Shown in pieces: positions 26,400 to 39,399 of a stretch of 64,000 nt of DNA. Under the pieces are notes generated by a model. That model searched no databases, was not told the DNA's origin, and saw only the letters and a program-made list of their open reading frames with translations. Source of the DNA: Octopus sinensis (taxonomy: Eukaryota); the NCBI RefSeq assembly GCF_006345805.1, contig NC_042999.1:77438001-77502000 (forward strand), given 5' to 3'. The translations under genes and the position numbers were made by a program. Within the stretch, counting starts at the first letter, position 1, and every line of letters starts with the position of its first letter.

Positions 26400-26654
26400 C
26401 TGAGCGATAAGAAGTATCCTTTGTACAAGATTTTGTTTCAACCCATGACTTCCAGCCTTCAGCACCTGGTTCACCAAAACGAGCAACACCACTGTCCCAG
26501 AAGCTCTCATAAACAGCAATACGATCTTCAGTACTGCTCTTTTCTAGTGAAGTTGGACAAAATAGGTTAAATTCAAGCACAGCCTGTAATGATGCAACCA
26601 TCTTTTCAGTAAAACCAGTCTGCAGCAAGAAACAGCAATACTGGACAAATATGT
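26400..26654 (-). CDS. NRDE2: NRDE2 exon 6
   Basis: tttcag|AC...TCAG|gttgtt, 255 nt, phase 1/1. FLLQTGFTEKMVASLQAVLEF and FWDSGVARFGEPGAEGW. Confidence 0.92.
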
Positions 26655-27739
26655 CTGAAAATACAAGATAAGAAAAACATTAAATTGGCAAGATTAAAAA
26701 GGGCCATCATAAAGTATTTTTTTTTTACTGCTTAGTCAAGAAAGGAAGGGCTGCATCCCTGATTCTTTAATTCCTTGGGACCTCTGAGGCTGGTGGGAGG
26801 GAGGAGGAAGTTATCTTCAAATTGTAAAGTTGACCTAAACACTTGTGATGAAGTAAACTCTACTAAAGACACCCAAGGATTACAGGGTGGTGTTAAACCA
26901 GGCAAAAAATTGTCTACCACCCAAGAACTCAGATGCGAAGATCTGGAACAAATAACTGCAACACCTCTCAACTAATATTTTAATAATTCCTCTAACTTAC
27001 TGTCTTGGATTGCTACTTTATTTCATCAACCATGAAAGAATAAAAAACAAAAGTGACTATGTCAGGATTTGAACTTAGAGTGCAGAGAACTAGAATGAAT
27101 GGTGTAACTGTGCCAATTCATTGCCTAATTTAGATAATTAATGAGACTTAATCATTTAATCTTATATAAAATTATATCTGTCCCAATTTACCTCAGTGAT
27201 GACAGACAAAAAAAGAAAGATGAAAAGGCTTAGGGTTCTCAGGTGAATGGAGACCTAAAAATATTTAGATAAATTTGTAATCTATCTTACAGCTACAAAT
27301 AGGCATTTTCAGAAAGAAAATTGAATTGATTGCATTTCCTGAATTAACTTTTTTGTTTTAAAGAAGCAAAAATCTTATAAGCCTAGCCTATGTTTTGAAC
27401 AATTGTATTTCTTTAGGTTATATTTACTAAACCATCAAGATTATGAAGGTAAGAAAAATGGTAAGTTAATCAGACAGTTACTGGGATGTTGAAAGCATCA
27501 GGTTATATAGGTAGAATAATGCTTGTTACTTGCCTGGTTGTTGTTATTGTAACTCTAACCCCCAGGTTAACCGTAAATGAGCAAACCTATGAAGAAAACT
27601 ATTCTAGCCCAGAGCATGCTGTCTTTGTTTATGGCATAGTGTATTCAAGACTATATCATGCTGGATATAACATGTCCCCTCTTCTGAGTAGGGTGTAAGT
27701 TGAAAGAAATTTCACTGGTATTTCTAGCAGATTAAGCAA

Positions 27740-28200
27740 GCATGCAAGGGTTCCCTCTTTAGTCCATTACTTGCCTGGTAGTACAAGATGTTATTAACAT
27801 AAATTGCTACAGAGCCAAAAATTATGCAATGAAGAACATCTATTACTGGATCAAGTTTTGAAAGTAGTCTTATCCAAGGTAATTTTAATTTGCTAAGGGC
27901 AAAAACCAAGCCATTCTATTTTGCATTCATCAATCCCAAAAAGGCCCTTGATAAGGTTCCACACTCTGTTGTCTAGTAGACAATAAAAAGACCAGTAGAA
28001 GCCATGTAAAAGGGTACAGTATGCAAATTTAAGACTGACAGTGATTACAGTTAGGAATTACACAGATGTCTTCAGCCTATAATATTCATTACAGCTCTTA
28101 GGTCATTAATGTAGGAGTTCAGGTTAAGATGTCTTTGTGAAATTTTTATGAACTAACAATCTGAAACATTTAGAATAGCTTGCAAGGGACCTGCAGAGAT
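27740..28200 (+). mobile_element. Decayed RTE RT fragment
   Basis: Degenerate translation KPFYFAFINPKKALDKVPH, resembling KPLYLAFVDMEKAFDRVP. Confidence 0.55.
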
Positions 28201-29329
28201 GTTCTAAACCTGAAACAATGGTCCAGAGTCCAACCGCTTAAAAAATCAAACTGATAGTTGATGAGAGTACAATGTGTCAATAGGTTTGGGAACTGATCAT
28301 ATTCAATATATAAGAAAAAGAAAGGAGTGGGTAAAAATTTAATTTTAATACTTTGTACTGTATAAGCAATGTCAACATAAAACATGCAAGCTGTAAATAG
28401 GTGTCATTGAAAATAGAATTAATGGGTATACACAACAGAGGTACATTGTAACCAACAACTCCCTCATTAATCTAGTCAAGTAAAGAGTAGTCGTATGTTA
28501 CCAAATGATATTTTGAATGAGCACAATAAAGATAGGATATTAGCAAACCAAATAACATGACTTGGTTTTCTTTCTAACTTGTGCTGTTAAGGACCTTGAA
28601 AAAAAATCCCTTCTGACTTGAGATTTCACCCACCCCACTCATAGTACAGAAGGAAACAGTACACAAAACTAATAGTAGTTCTCAGCCTAAGGGTCAAAGT
28701 ATAATTCTGAAAGAGTCATGAAGACAAAATCTTTTACTTTTTTTATATTTGATAAAATATAAAATGTTTATGAATATATACTACAATAAACTACAGATAT
28801 AAATGCTACAATATAATATTTATTGTAACCCCCCCCCCCGCACCCCAAGTATCAGGTGTTAATTTGTATACCATTGCATTTTTCTTTCATCCATCTACTC
28901 ATTAAAAAAGGGTTGTAGAGGATTAATGATTTGCCAAAAGTGAGAGAGAGGGATAGTAAATAAATACTATGACTTTTGAGCTCTGCAAGCTAAAGAAACA
29001 TATTTCAATTAAATATAGGTCTTTCTTGCTTGGCAGTTTGTATTTTTACATTGCATTTACTTACAACTAAATGGATAGGAAAAACCAACCTTTAGCCATT
29101 AGGTTACTATTCCTGTTAACTCAACTAGCAGAAAATTACAATGCAGAATACATACAATCTAAAATATTTAAACTTTTTCCTTGCTTGTTAAGTTTGGAGG
29201 AATGGGCATTGCCCATACTTTTTCAGTCTTTCTGAGACTGGTAAGCTTAATATTAATGTTTCACTTAAACTGTTACAGAGCAACACCTGCAAGAAAGACA
29301 TAAGCAGAAAGAAGATATTCTGGGGAGAA

Positions 29330-29650
29330 AGGACTATGTAAGGCTGAGGTGGTTGGATACATCAAAAGTGACGGGGGGGGAGGTAAGTGGGTTGAAGGTG
29401 CATGAATGGTGGAGGTACAAAACCAGCCAACTCAAAGAACAGTGACCATTATTGTAGTGACAGAAAAGACAGAGAGTGGTTACAGTATGCCTATGGGACA
29501 GAAGTAGAGGCATGTCCATTAGTGATTAAATTCCATTTTGATGAGTGGTCATTTCTCTGGAGGTTTATGTATGTAGCAGCAGTACCATCCCAGACATGGG
29601 AGCAGTGCACCATTGTGGGCCTTACTTGAACCATGTAAGGTGTCTGCAGT
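29330..29650 (-). mobile_element. Non-LTR RT C-terminal fragment (CR1/Jockey-like)
   Basis: Degenerate HCSHVWDGTAAT, resembling the YCSHIWG motif. Confidence 0.5.
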
Positions 29651-29963
29651 TGTTGGGGAGTGGGAACTGAAATATTTTCTGGCTCTAAATTAATTCAATA
29701 TTTGCATATGAATTGTCAGAGTAGATACTTTCATAACCTGATGCCCTTTCTTATAACTAACTAATGAGCTAGAAAATAGAGAAAGACATTTATTTTCAGT
29801 TAGTAATAAAATCAAATGTAAAGGAAAAAATTACTTGGCTGGAGAACAAAAAACATGAAGTAACATTGCTCAGTTCAATTATATTTGATTAAGATGCAGA
29901 AAAATGAAAGTAAAAACTGATATAAACATATAAACAATAATCCTAAAGTTCAAATATACTTAC

Positions 29964-30946
29964 CCAATAAATTTTTGTTCAGAGTGTTTTTTAATATTTG
30001 TGAACAGCTTTCAGAATTTTGGGCTTCTAGTAAACATTTGAAACACTTATGGTAGAGTTTGGTAACTTTGAGCACACTGAATGTAGTTAAGTTGCACTGA
30101 CGCTGAAGCAGATAATTCTTCCACAGAGTGGAATCAGTGCTGTGTTTAGAGAGTAGTTTTTCCCAACTCTCCTGAACTTTGTTTGGTTCCCATAGATCGT
30201 GGCACAGTTTTAAACGAGCAACTTTTAGATCAATTGAATGAGGGTTAAATTCAATAGCTTTATCTAGAATAGCCACTTTCTTTTCAAGGACACCACGAAA
30301 TGAAAGAAGCTGGACATTATCATCAAACATCATTTTGCCGTGCTTCTCTAGAAAAGTTTCTTGGAATGACACAAACTCCAACCACAGAGACACATTATGT
30401 GACTCTGAATGTAGTCGTTTATTATAGTAAGCAACCTTCTCCAGCACAGGGCTACTGGTTGCTATACTAATATTGTTTTCACCATCAGTGTTGGTGTCAC
30501 TCACCTGTTGGTTCAAAGCTACATCAAGATGACCAGGGTTGTTGTGCCCAGAATTAACATTATCATCTGTCAACGAGATGACATTTTTATCAAGCAGTTC
30601 AGAAGTTTGTTTCACATTTTGACACAGCTGGGTTTTCTGTGAAGGACTAATCATTTGCTTTAAACTGTCAGCATCAAAGTAACGTTTAGTTACTAATTTT
30701 TTGGTTTCACTTGAGGATGGTGTAGTTCGGTTAATTAATAAACATCGAGCATTGTCATCTGTCAGTCCAAGACAAAATTTGCAGCACTGAAAATATTTAG
30801 CAACATGTAACTTGTAAATAGAACCATAAGTCCAGATGTTAGTATCAGCTTTGCAGTCAATCCTGAAGATGTTTTCAAGAGACGGTTTTACATTATCTCC
30901 AAGGAAAATTTGACCAGGAATACCTTTATAGAGTTCAGCAAGATTT
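29964..30946 (-). CDS. NRDE2: NRDE2 exon 5
   Basis: 983 nt, phase 2/1, within ORF 29950-31002. Carries NRDE2/HAT-repeat motifs such as HNVSLWLEFVSFQ, LEKKVAILDKAIEFNP and LWKNYLLQRQCNLTTFS. Confidence 0.95.
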
Positions 30947-33548
30947 CTAGAAAGAAAGAAAAAGAACACTTTTAATTGTAATAAATGCTTTGGATCAAGC
31001 AAAAAAAAGTAGAATAAAAAGGTCGTTTTCCTGATGAATAAGAGTTGTCAGTTAATAACAAGCAATGCTATATTGTATTTATCAATGTAGACAAGGAATT
31101 AGATAGAGTTACACAATTCATAGCTTGTTGGGCATTAAGAAAATTACATATGAATGGTTCAGGTCATATATAAGGGTTTTAAAAGCAGCAACAGAATCAG
31201 CATTCAAGCCAGTGAGGAATTTCGTGTATAGGTATAGTTCTATTTAAAACAATTGTTAAGACATACAGAAGATGAACTTTTTTTTGACATTGAAATTTTG
31301 GTTCTCAAAGTGGGATGTATAGAAATGCAGAAAATATTTTTCACATCTTAGTTGCCTCTCTCTCTGATTACTAGATCCAGAATGAACAGACTTTGTAACA
31401 TTGCCATCTACGTCATTACTTTTGTTACTCAAGTTCAGTCATCTATCCATGAGTAAAATTATTTTTAATTTGAAATATAAATAAAATAATGTTTCATAAA
31501 AAAACTATCATGAAATTACTTAAATAAATACTGACCGCAATCAAATAAAACAGTAACATGTATTATTAGTTATACACTTATTATGATGAACACAATCAAC
31601 CAACTACACTGAAAATACATACGTTGTCACTGCACTAGTTGCAATGGTGCTGCACATACATTTTATTACTGCAGCACTTGTGTGGTGCATCACGCTAAAT
31701 ATTGTGTTTGTGAAATAACGTATAAACTGAAATTCAAGTGTTTGAATTTAATTTTCGTGACACACAGTTTTAGAAGCACTGTTCTAGAACAAAAATAATT
31801 AGTATTGGGAGTAGAAGCATAATGGTGAGGACATAAATGTACACAACAATTTAGAAAATTACTGCCTTTGGTCATCATCATCATCATCATTTAACATCTG
31901 TTGTCCATGCTGGCATGTGTTGGACAGGTCTCAGTTATTGCCTCCGTGAGGCCCAACACTCAAAAAGAACTCAGCCACTTTGTTCATGAGGCCCAATGCT
32001 TGAAAGGAACTTGGCCACTTTGCCTCTGTGAGGCCCAATGCTCGAAAGGAACTCGGCTACTTTGCCTCTGAGGTCCAACACTCGAAAGGTGTTCTTTACA
32101 AGCCACTAGCAGGGGTGCACTTGGCTTGATGGGTCCTCTCAAGCACAGCACATTACTAAAGGTCTCAGTCACTAGTCATTGCCTTTGTGAGGCTCTGCTC
32201 TGTGAAAATGAAATATGCCATGAATTAAACAGAAGAATTAGGTATGCTTGATTTGAAGTTGGAAGACAGTTACATATAAAGCAGTTCTGAAAGAGGAATT
32301 GGATATTAGAAGAATTATAGAGGGAAGAGTAACTCTGAACATTGCATTAAGGAATCTATAGCCGTTCTAACAAGGTTAATCCATTTTCTTGTGAGGAATA
32401 GAGAACATGGTGTCCTTAAATTTAGGACTTAAAAATCTGTAAACCAATTGTAAATATAGCAAGGAGTTTCTTGAGGGAGATTTTATTGTTACATTAATTA
32501 CATCAAATGATCCCTTACTCACTTGGGCTGATGGCATTCATGGAAGTTAGTTACAGAGACTGTCTGAAATACTTGATTCATCACAAAATCAGGAAGAAAG
32601 GCAGTGTCCTTGACACCATAAATTATATTAAATCTATGAGTCAACTAGGCTGCAGAAGGATGTAAACTCTGAATGTAATGATCCACACTAACAAATTCCA
32701 CCAATCCACTGCTCTAGGCTGGTATTTTATCAATTGACTATGAAAGGATGAAAGGTAAAGTTGACTTTGATAGAAATTGAACTCAGAATGCAAAAAGCCA
32801 GAATAATTACTGGGATATATGTCATCTGATGCTCTAATGTTTCTGCCAATTAGCCACCTATAAACAGATCTAAGAAAGTCATAATTAATGATACAAATAT
32901 AAATCAGAAGAAAGGAGTTTAGATAGACAAAATCTTAGAAGACGAAACATATAACTGAGACATATAAGAAAATATTGCATAACAGAAATGACATCGTTCT
33001 GTGCTAGCATGAAAAAGCATTAAACAAATGATAATGGAGATATAAGAATGAGTGATGGAGGTAATTAAAAAAATAGTCCTAATCCCAGTACTACTGCTCC
33101 TAATATGTCTATATACCTCTGTTCTTTATGACTCCTTTAAAATTCACTCTTCTCTATTGTTGTGCTTTATTCTGTGTACTGTGCATGTACTTCTAACTTT
33201 CATTAAGTCTTTCTTCTCTGTCCCCTCTTTTAAACTTTTCCAACAAGTTGTAGTGCATCTGAACACTGTATACAATAAGGTTGTTATTATTACTATCAAC
33301 CATCATCAGCAAATTTTATGTCAGATATCCATGTCTATATAATTGCTACTATAGTAACTGTATAATAGATAAACAGCGTGAACCAGAACACACATTGATT
33401 TGAAGGTTTTCTCAATGCCAAACATTGACTGTTGAATAAGGAGAAGGTAAGACTGTAACTACCTACTTATTCATATTGCTGATAAGAAATGTGCACTAAC
33501 AATTTGTGTTAGTTAATATTTTCACATGGATAAATAATTCATACTTAC

Positions 33549-33687
33549 TTTCCATATTTATCAGTTTTGCCATACTTTAATTTTTTATACTTTTTAGAAT
33601 GCTTGTGTTTCTTGGATTTATGTTTTCTCTTAAGTGAGTGACTATTTTCTGTATTCTGATGACTTGAGTTTTTCTTAGAATCACCAT
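33549..33687 (-). CDS. NRDE2: NRDE2 exon 4 (Lys/His-rich)
   Basis: ttgaag|AT...GGAAA|gtaagt, 139 nt, phase 1/2. ...KRKHKSKKHKHSKKYKK, like the basic tract of human NRDE2. Confidence 0.85.
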
Positions 33688-33894
33688 CTTCAAATAAAAA
33701 AGATCAAATTGTTTTATTTATTTTGCCATTGTTCAACAGACATAAAATACCACTGATTTAAAATAGGACTAAAAAGGTATAATTGGATAGGATCATTAAC
33801 ACATATTTTTATAGGTATAAAATGATGGCTTTCAATGAATTAAGGTTTAAGCTATTTATGAATAGAGTACTAATGAAATGGGAAAAAATGCTTC

Positions 33895-34660
33895 CAAAAA
33901 CATCTTAGATAAATCACATAAGTGATTTGAGAGAAAAATTGGATATATGAAGCATCAGATGTCATGTGAAACAGGGAAGACTGCACTGGTATGGTCATGT
34001 AATGTGTATGAAGACAGATGCATCAAGAAGTGCCAATCTCTAATTGTGGAGGGAACATGTAGAAGGGGTAGACACAGGAAGACGTGGGACAAAGTGGTAA
34101 GAAAGGATCTTCAGATGTTGGGCTTCACAGAGGGGAAGACAAGGGACCAAGACTTCTGGCAGTTTGCTGTGCTTGAGAAGACATGTCAAGCTAAGGAAAA
34201 TCATGGTTGTCCTTGCACACAGGCATGTCTTCTGCATCTCTCTTCAGCTGAGCAATCCTAATCTTGCAGGTCCGTGGGTGCTGGTGCCATGTAAAAAGCA
34301 TCTGTGCAAGTGCTGCATAAAAGCACCCAGTAGCGGACGTTAAACGATGATGATGATGATGATACACTCTGTAAAGTGGTTAGCATTAGGATGGGTATCC
34401 AGTCATAGAAACCAAGTCAAAATAAATATGGAGCCTGGGCAGCTCTTCAGCTGGCCACCTCTTGTCAAACAGTCCAATCCATGCCAGCATGGAATACAGA
34501 CGTTAACTGATGATGATACACTACATCCCTGCTTGTTACATATAGAGTGACTAAAAGGGTTGACATTTAGAAGGGCACCCAGCTTTAAAACATTGCCTCT
34601 AAAAGTCCCATCCAACCCATGCCAGCCACAGAAAAACAGATCTGATGACAATGACAAGTA
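33895..34660. mobile_element. Cluster of RTE 3' fragments
   Basis: GRHRKTWDKVV coding remnant plus aggaagggcatccagctg / gcatggaa...gatgatgat tail motifs. Similar short tails occur at about 540-670, 1139-1292, 7520-7868, 11330-11670, 12935-13145, 16672-16838, 21536-21870, 22000-22097, 31876-32190 and 35995-36428. Confidence 0.75.
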
Positions 34661-34875
34661 ATGTGCCAGTCTAGTTACATAAAACTGTACTGGTATAAGT
34701 TATGCTACATCTAACTTTCACAGTCACTGAATGAACATGTGGAATTACAAAAATACATTGAAAAATCCAGAGAAGGCATCCAAAAATTAGAAACAAAAAT
34801 AATGAAATATGCATGCCTGATCACCACCACTCTCTTGCAAGTAGAAACTAAGTTAAATTGTGTTAGATATTATAC

Positions 34876-35033
34876 CTTTGTTTTGGTCTTCATCTCCTAA
34901 GACATGTTCAACCTTAATTTTGCAGTCCTCTGTGCTGTTTTTGGTATCTTTAGCATCCTTTTCTTCAGATTTCTCTCCTTTATCATCTTCATCATCATAG
35001 TCTTCATCGTCATCAGTAGAGCTGAAACCACTG
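34876..35033 (-). CDS. NRDE2: NRDE2 exon 3 (acidic)
   Basis: ccag|CAG...AAAG|gtataa, 158 nt, phase 2/1. SGFSSTDDDEDYDDEDDKGEKSEEK... Confidence 0.8.
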
Positions 35034-37398
35034 CTGGTGGACCAAATGTAACAAATAAGTAAAGCATAAAAATATACACAGCAATATGAGTTGAAAATAA
35101 CTGATAGCTAACAGTTTTCTATCTTTCTTATAGAGGTGCTGCTGGGGTCTCTAAATTACAATCTTAAATACAATGTTGTAACACAACAGTGGCCCAATTG
35201 ATTTACTTCATTTTGAAAATCACAATGTTCTATTAATTCATCATGTTCATACCTACTCAAAAGTTGTAGTGAGAGATTCTACTACATGCTCAAATCATAA
35301 TATAAAATGAGTACTGGTGAGCTAATGAAATACTCAGCAGTTTTACAATGATGTCACTACATTATGTAGTAGATTATTGTCTTGTGTGATATCTACTCAC
35401 ACCTCAGTACATTTGGCCATTGAATTACTGTATTTGGTGGCATAAAGAATTCATGCACCTATTAGATGCACTCGAATTTCCACAGCCCATATTCACAAAA
35501 AAAATCTTTTTGTGCATTAAAGCATGTAATATTTAAACTAATCTAGCAATATAATCCGAAACATTACAGTACAAGTAATAATGTTTAAGTAAATATTAAT
35601 ATTAGGGAATCAGGTCTAGTAAAAGAGACCATCTGAATTAAAATTACCCCATAGGAGTGAGCATCAAGGACACAGTCAGCTTATGGGGCAGAGGGCCCAA
35701 CAACACATATAGGAGCCAGGGTGATTTTTGGAGATTTTCTTCTGAAAAATGTGCATCTTATATACTATCAAACACAGTGTCTTGACCATAAACTGTATTA
35801 TGTTGATGACAGGATGTAAACAGTAAACCCCTTATCCAGTTCTCTATTACCCTGCTGCTGTTGCCATCTCTGGCAGTCACAATAGTCTAGAGGTCTAGTA
35901 CTTAACTCTGGTGTCTGCGATCTGAAATTGAAGAGAGATAAAAAAAAAATTTTCTTCTTGGGATGCTAATCTAAGAAACTGTGAAGCATAGTCGTAGTTG
36001 TTGTCCCAGGAGCAGCCCATCTTAGATTCCTCTGTTATTACCTGGATAAAAGGGCACCTGTGAATTGTCATGGTCATTGCCAGTGCCATGCAACTGACAC
36101 CTGTGAATTGTAGTCATGGTCGCTGCCAGTGCCATGTAAATGGCACCCATGCATTGTAGCTGTGGTCATTTCCAGTGCCATTTAAATGGCACCCATAAAT
36201 TGTAGTCATGGTCATTGTCAGTTTCATATAAATGACACCTGTGCTGGTGACACATAAAAGTACCCATTCCACTCCTGGAGTGGTTAGCTTCAGGAAGGGC
36301 ATCTAGCCATAGAAACCATGCCAAATCAGACTGGAACCTGGTGCAGCTCTCTGCCTTATCAGCTCCAGTCAAACAATCTAACCCATGTCAGCATGGAGAG
36401 TGGATGTTAAACGATGATGATGATGATCCCTACAGTTACATTAATATTTTTGTTAATATCATTTCCCTTCATTAAAACACAATCAACAAGATTAATGCTT
36501 AACTCTGGTTCTCTGTAACATAATTTTTATAATATCAGCCCACCTGAAACCAACCTTGGTTCCATGTCATAAAACTGCCCATTTTAAGTTTTCATATTTA
36601 AATTAAAATTTTCCATCAAGATTTTTTGTTATGTTCCAAAATAACAGCTTACAATGAAAAAGCAAGTTATTTTATTAAATTTCTCCAAATTGTGAATTAT
36701 TTTCAAAATTAATAAAAATCATAGTCAATGTGTGTCATTAGAAAGTGCTGAATCCAGTCTTGGCTAGGTTACCTGTCTACTGCAAGTAACTTTTCCTATG
36801 GGCAGAATTTAATTCATCACCATAAGTCAATTTGACAATTTTGCCATGACTGATCACTTAATGGAATCTACTAGCTGCAGTAGATTGGGGTTAAGAAGTT
36901 TTCTTCACAAACAAGTGATTCTGAGTTCAATCCCACTATTCAAGTGCCTTGGATTGACAAATATTTTGAGTGAAAAGTATTGCTTTCTACTTCAGCAGAT
37001 AGATGTGTGTGTGTGTGTATATTTTTATTAATGTTTATGGCAATGGATGCAAATATCAGTGAAAAAATTTTAAAACTTCTGATTTTGAATAGAAAAAGCT
37101 TGTGTGATATTTGTTCTGCTCAAGTTGCAAAAAACAATTACTTGACATTCTTGCCATCAGAGTAAATGCAACTAACCAATGATTGCTCTGTTGGAAAGCT
37201 GTAACCAACAATACTATTTCTTACCATATGCAATATACAAATAAATAAGAGATAACTGAGTCATTGAGAAATAAGTGTCTTAGCTATGAATGTATTATAA
37301 TGCTATTGATATGATACAAACCATCAATCACTTGGCTGACTGCTCACTACCCTTTCAATTTGGCTATCTGTGTCTAAAAAAAAATGTTTCAAGAATCT

Positions 37399-37816
37399 AC
37401 TCTCTTTACTCTTTTACTTATTTCAGTCATTTGATTGTGGCCATGCTGGAGCACCGCCTTTAGTTGAGCAAATCGACCCCAGGACTTATTCTTTGTAAGC
37501 CTAGTACTTATTCTATCGGTCTCTTTTGCCGAACCGCTAAGTTACAGGGACGTAAACACACCAGCATGGGTTGTCAAGTGATGTTGGGGCGACAAACACA
37601 GACACACAAACATATATACACACACACACACATACATATATATACATATATACGATGGGCTTCTTTCAGTTTCCGTTAACCAAATCCATTCACAAGGCTT
37701 TGGTTGGCCCAAGGCTATAGTAGAAGACACTTGCCCAAGGTGCCACGCAGTGGGACTGAACCCGGAACTATGTGGTTGGTAAGCAAGCTACTTACCACAC
37801 AGCCACTCCTATGCCT
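37399..37816 (-). mobile_element. SINE family A, full length
   Basis: Same family; head lies about 30 nt from the NRDE2 exon 2 donor. Confidence 0.9.
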
Positions 37817-37845
37817 GTACGAAAAAAAAAAATGAAATAACTTAC

Positions 37846-37957
37846 CTTCCCTCATCACTAGATTCTTCAGCAATACTACTGACTGATGGCAGTGTAGAAT
37901 TATTAGCAGCCAGTTCATTAGGAAAACTTTTGTTGGAGAGCCAGGAAAGATCTGAAG
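37846..37957 (-). CDS. NRDE2: NRDE2 exon 2
   Basis: cttag|CT...GGAAG|gtaagt, 112 nt, phase 1/2. SDLSWLSNKSF matches the conserved LDWLSNPSF (MTR4-interacting region). Confidence 0.9.
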
Positions 37958-38269
37958 CTAAGAAATAGAACCAAACATTATAAAACATAACACACATAGA
38001 CAAAAACATACACTAAGGTGAAATTTTACCAACCGGCCAACCCATAAATATTTTCACATATTTTATATTTAATATATATATTTAAATATAATAATGTATG
38101 AGAACAAACTTTATAAGCACCAAGTGAGTTGGTACTTGATAATAATATATATTTAATATACTAAACATATTTTTTCCAAGTATGGAAAAAAACATGTTAA
38201 GATAATGATGAGTTACGTGTGTTTCATGCTTATTAAGGTTATTATTCTAAAGCAATTTTAACACTAACG

Positions 38270-38422
38270 TAGGTGTAGTTGTGTGGTAAGAAACTTACTT
38301 CCCAACCACATGGTTCTGAGTTCAGTCCCACTGTGTGGTATATTGGGCAAGTGTCTTCTACTACAGCTTCAGGCTGACCAAAGCTTTGTGAGTGGATTTG
38401 GTAGACGGAAACTGAAAGAAGC

Positions 38423-38430
<8 letters not shown>
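38270..38430 (+). mobile_element. SINE family A, 5' half only
   Basis: Head to gaagcccatc, then runs into the giant TA microsatellite. Other partial copies at about 44215-44368 (+) and 60905-61131 (-). Confidence 0.85.
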
Positions 38431-38466
<36 letters not shown>

Positions 38467-38560
38467 CATAATATATATATATACATATATATACATATAC
38501 ATATATATATACATATATATACATATACATATATATATATACATATATATATACATATAC

Positions 38561-38598
<38 letters not shown>

Positions 38599-38599
38599 A

Positions 38600-38636
<37 letters not shown>

Positions 38637-38654
38637 CATATATATATATATATA

Positions 38655-38696
<42 letters not shown>

Positions 38697-38786
38697 CACA
38701 TATATATATATACATACACATACATATACATATATATATATACATATATATATATACATATATATATATACTATATATATACATAT

Positions 38787-38818
<32 letters not shown>

Positions 38819-38888
38819 ATATATACATATACATATATACATATACATATATATACATACACATACATATACATATATATACATACAC

Positions 38889-38921
<33 letters not shown>

Positions 38922-39256
38922 TATACATATACATATACATATACATATATATATACATATACATATATACATATACATATATATATATATATACATATAT
39001 ATATACATATACATATATATATACATATACATATATATATACATATACATATATATATACATATACATATATATATACATATATATATACATATACATAT
39101 ACATATACATATATATATACAATATATATACATATATATATACATATATATATACATATATATATACATATATATATACATATATATACATATATATACA
39201 TATATATATACATATATATATCATATATATATATATATATATATACATATATATAC

Positions 39257-39289
<33 letters not shown>

Positions 39290-39290
39290 C

Positions 39291-39367
<77 letters not shown>

Positions 39368-39399
39368 TACATATATATATACACATATATATATATATA
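38428..39399. repeat. Compound (TA)n/(TACA)n microsatellite, about 970 bp
   Basis: Directly visible; source of the YI-repeat pseudo-ORFs. Confidence 0.98.

Noticed and set aside
26732-26975. Overlapping short ORFs in NRDE2 intron 5
   Set aside because: No recognisable homology and no phase-compatible role in the gene model.
33052-33342. Candidate NRDE2 exon or + strand ORF
   Set aside because: All three - strand frames after the candidate acceptors hit stops, and exons 4 and 5 already join in phase.
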